From positions 68,326,001-68,390,000 of the forward strand of contig NC_058368.1 in NCBI RefSeq assembly GCF_018350175.1: 64,000 bases of DNA, in the 5' to 3' direction. A program made the position numbers and the translations under genes. The stretch comes from Felis catus (lineage: Eukaryota). Positions within the stretch are counted from its first letter, which is position 1; each line of letters opens with the position of its first letter. The notes under the pieces are model-generated. The model made no database searches, was not told the DNA's origin, and was given only the letters and a program-made list of their open reading frames with translations. Positions 63,170 to 64,000 of this stretch are shown one piece after another.

Positions 63170-64000
63170 TGTACAAAACTGATAAATACTCCTCTATGCA
63201 GATAACATTTCCAGGAAACTGTGTAAGAAAAGGTTGGATCTGACTCCAGAAATTTACAATCTATAAAAAATAAACATATTTTCACAATGGAGAGTCTTTC
63301 TAACATTTGGATTTCCTGAATATTTATGGCTGAGTTTCCAAAAAAAATGTATTTTAAGACATCTCTACATAACTTCAGCACTTTGAAAACAAAAATGAAT
63401 CTTCTGTTTGACAAATTACTTTGCCTGCAAATAAGGTATTTGACCAAGTGTGTATTTTCTCCTCCTTTATTTCTTGGGATGATAAGTGGACTTATATTAC
63501 TGAATTCTGGTGTTGATTTCTGATAAGAACTTGAAAGGTGAAGAAAGGAAACAGGCTACATGGTGGCAGATTTTGGTCCCTGTACCGTCCTCAGGAAAAA
63601 AATAATAAACTAGGTGAAGAGGGTTGTTTCGTCCCACAATTTTTGATTTGATGTATAAGGTCATCAGATGAAACATGAACTAGAGATGGGCTTTCTAACC
63701 AGCTGTGTATTTTGGTTCTGGCTGACTGACAGTACAAAGAAAATGTGTCAGTCATGAATATTAAGTTTCTTTCTAGCATTCTCCTTCCAGATGGAAGCAA
63801 CACGCACATTGTAGCAATGCTTCTTCCAGCTGATGAATTTTCTTATTTATATTTTTGGCAAAGCATATTGATTGTCACCTGTGACTTCCACCTTGGTACC
63901 CTACTGTGTGGCTTTAAAAAAAAAATGTTCTGCTTAGTTTCCTTTAAAATACCCCACCCTCCGAAACAAAAACCTATTTATATCAAAGTCATTCCTGCAC

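Noticed and set aside
1..64000. CRISPR arrays, operons, tRNA/rRNA genes, NUMT or processed mRNA pseudogene
   Set aside because: None seen. The tRNA-like A/B boxes belong to SINE heads, and the tandem repeats are simple microsatellites or small local duplications.

Overview
This is mammalian genomic DNA, almost certainly from a cat or close felid: it carries about 29 feline-type CAN-SINEs and a cat-type L1 3' end. It is AT-rich, CpG-poor and repeat-dense (L1 of several ages, L2, MIR, CR1/L3, MLT1 LTRs, MER3/MER5-like DNA transposon relics, microsatellites), so it reads as intergenic or deep intronic. I recognise no known protein-coding gene. The supplied ORFs are mostly translations of repeats or chance ORFs, and there are no prokaryote-type systems such as CRISPR. 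The most notable signals are: (1) an antisense, 3'-truncated U6 snRNA fragment fused to a sense L1 3' end, with both parts inside one target-site duplication (24.5-25.6 kb); (2) a perfect ChoRE-type tandem E-box, CACGTG-N5-CACGTG (63153-63169); (3) well-formed minus-strand splice signals that could join into a ~69-aa small ORF (21.8 kb to 19.2 kb), plus a 22-nt candidate microexon (48.2 kb); (4) a small CpG-rich promoter-like island (~41.6-41.9 kb); and (5) several mechanistically informative retrotransposon structures (a twin-primed L1, a 24-nt tailless SINE head, and head-to-head SINEs sharing one TT/AA site). Repeat subfamily names come from remembered consensus sequences, not from an alignment run, and boundaries of old repeats are approximate.
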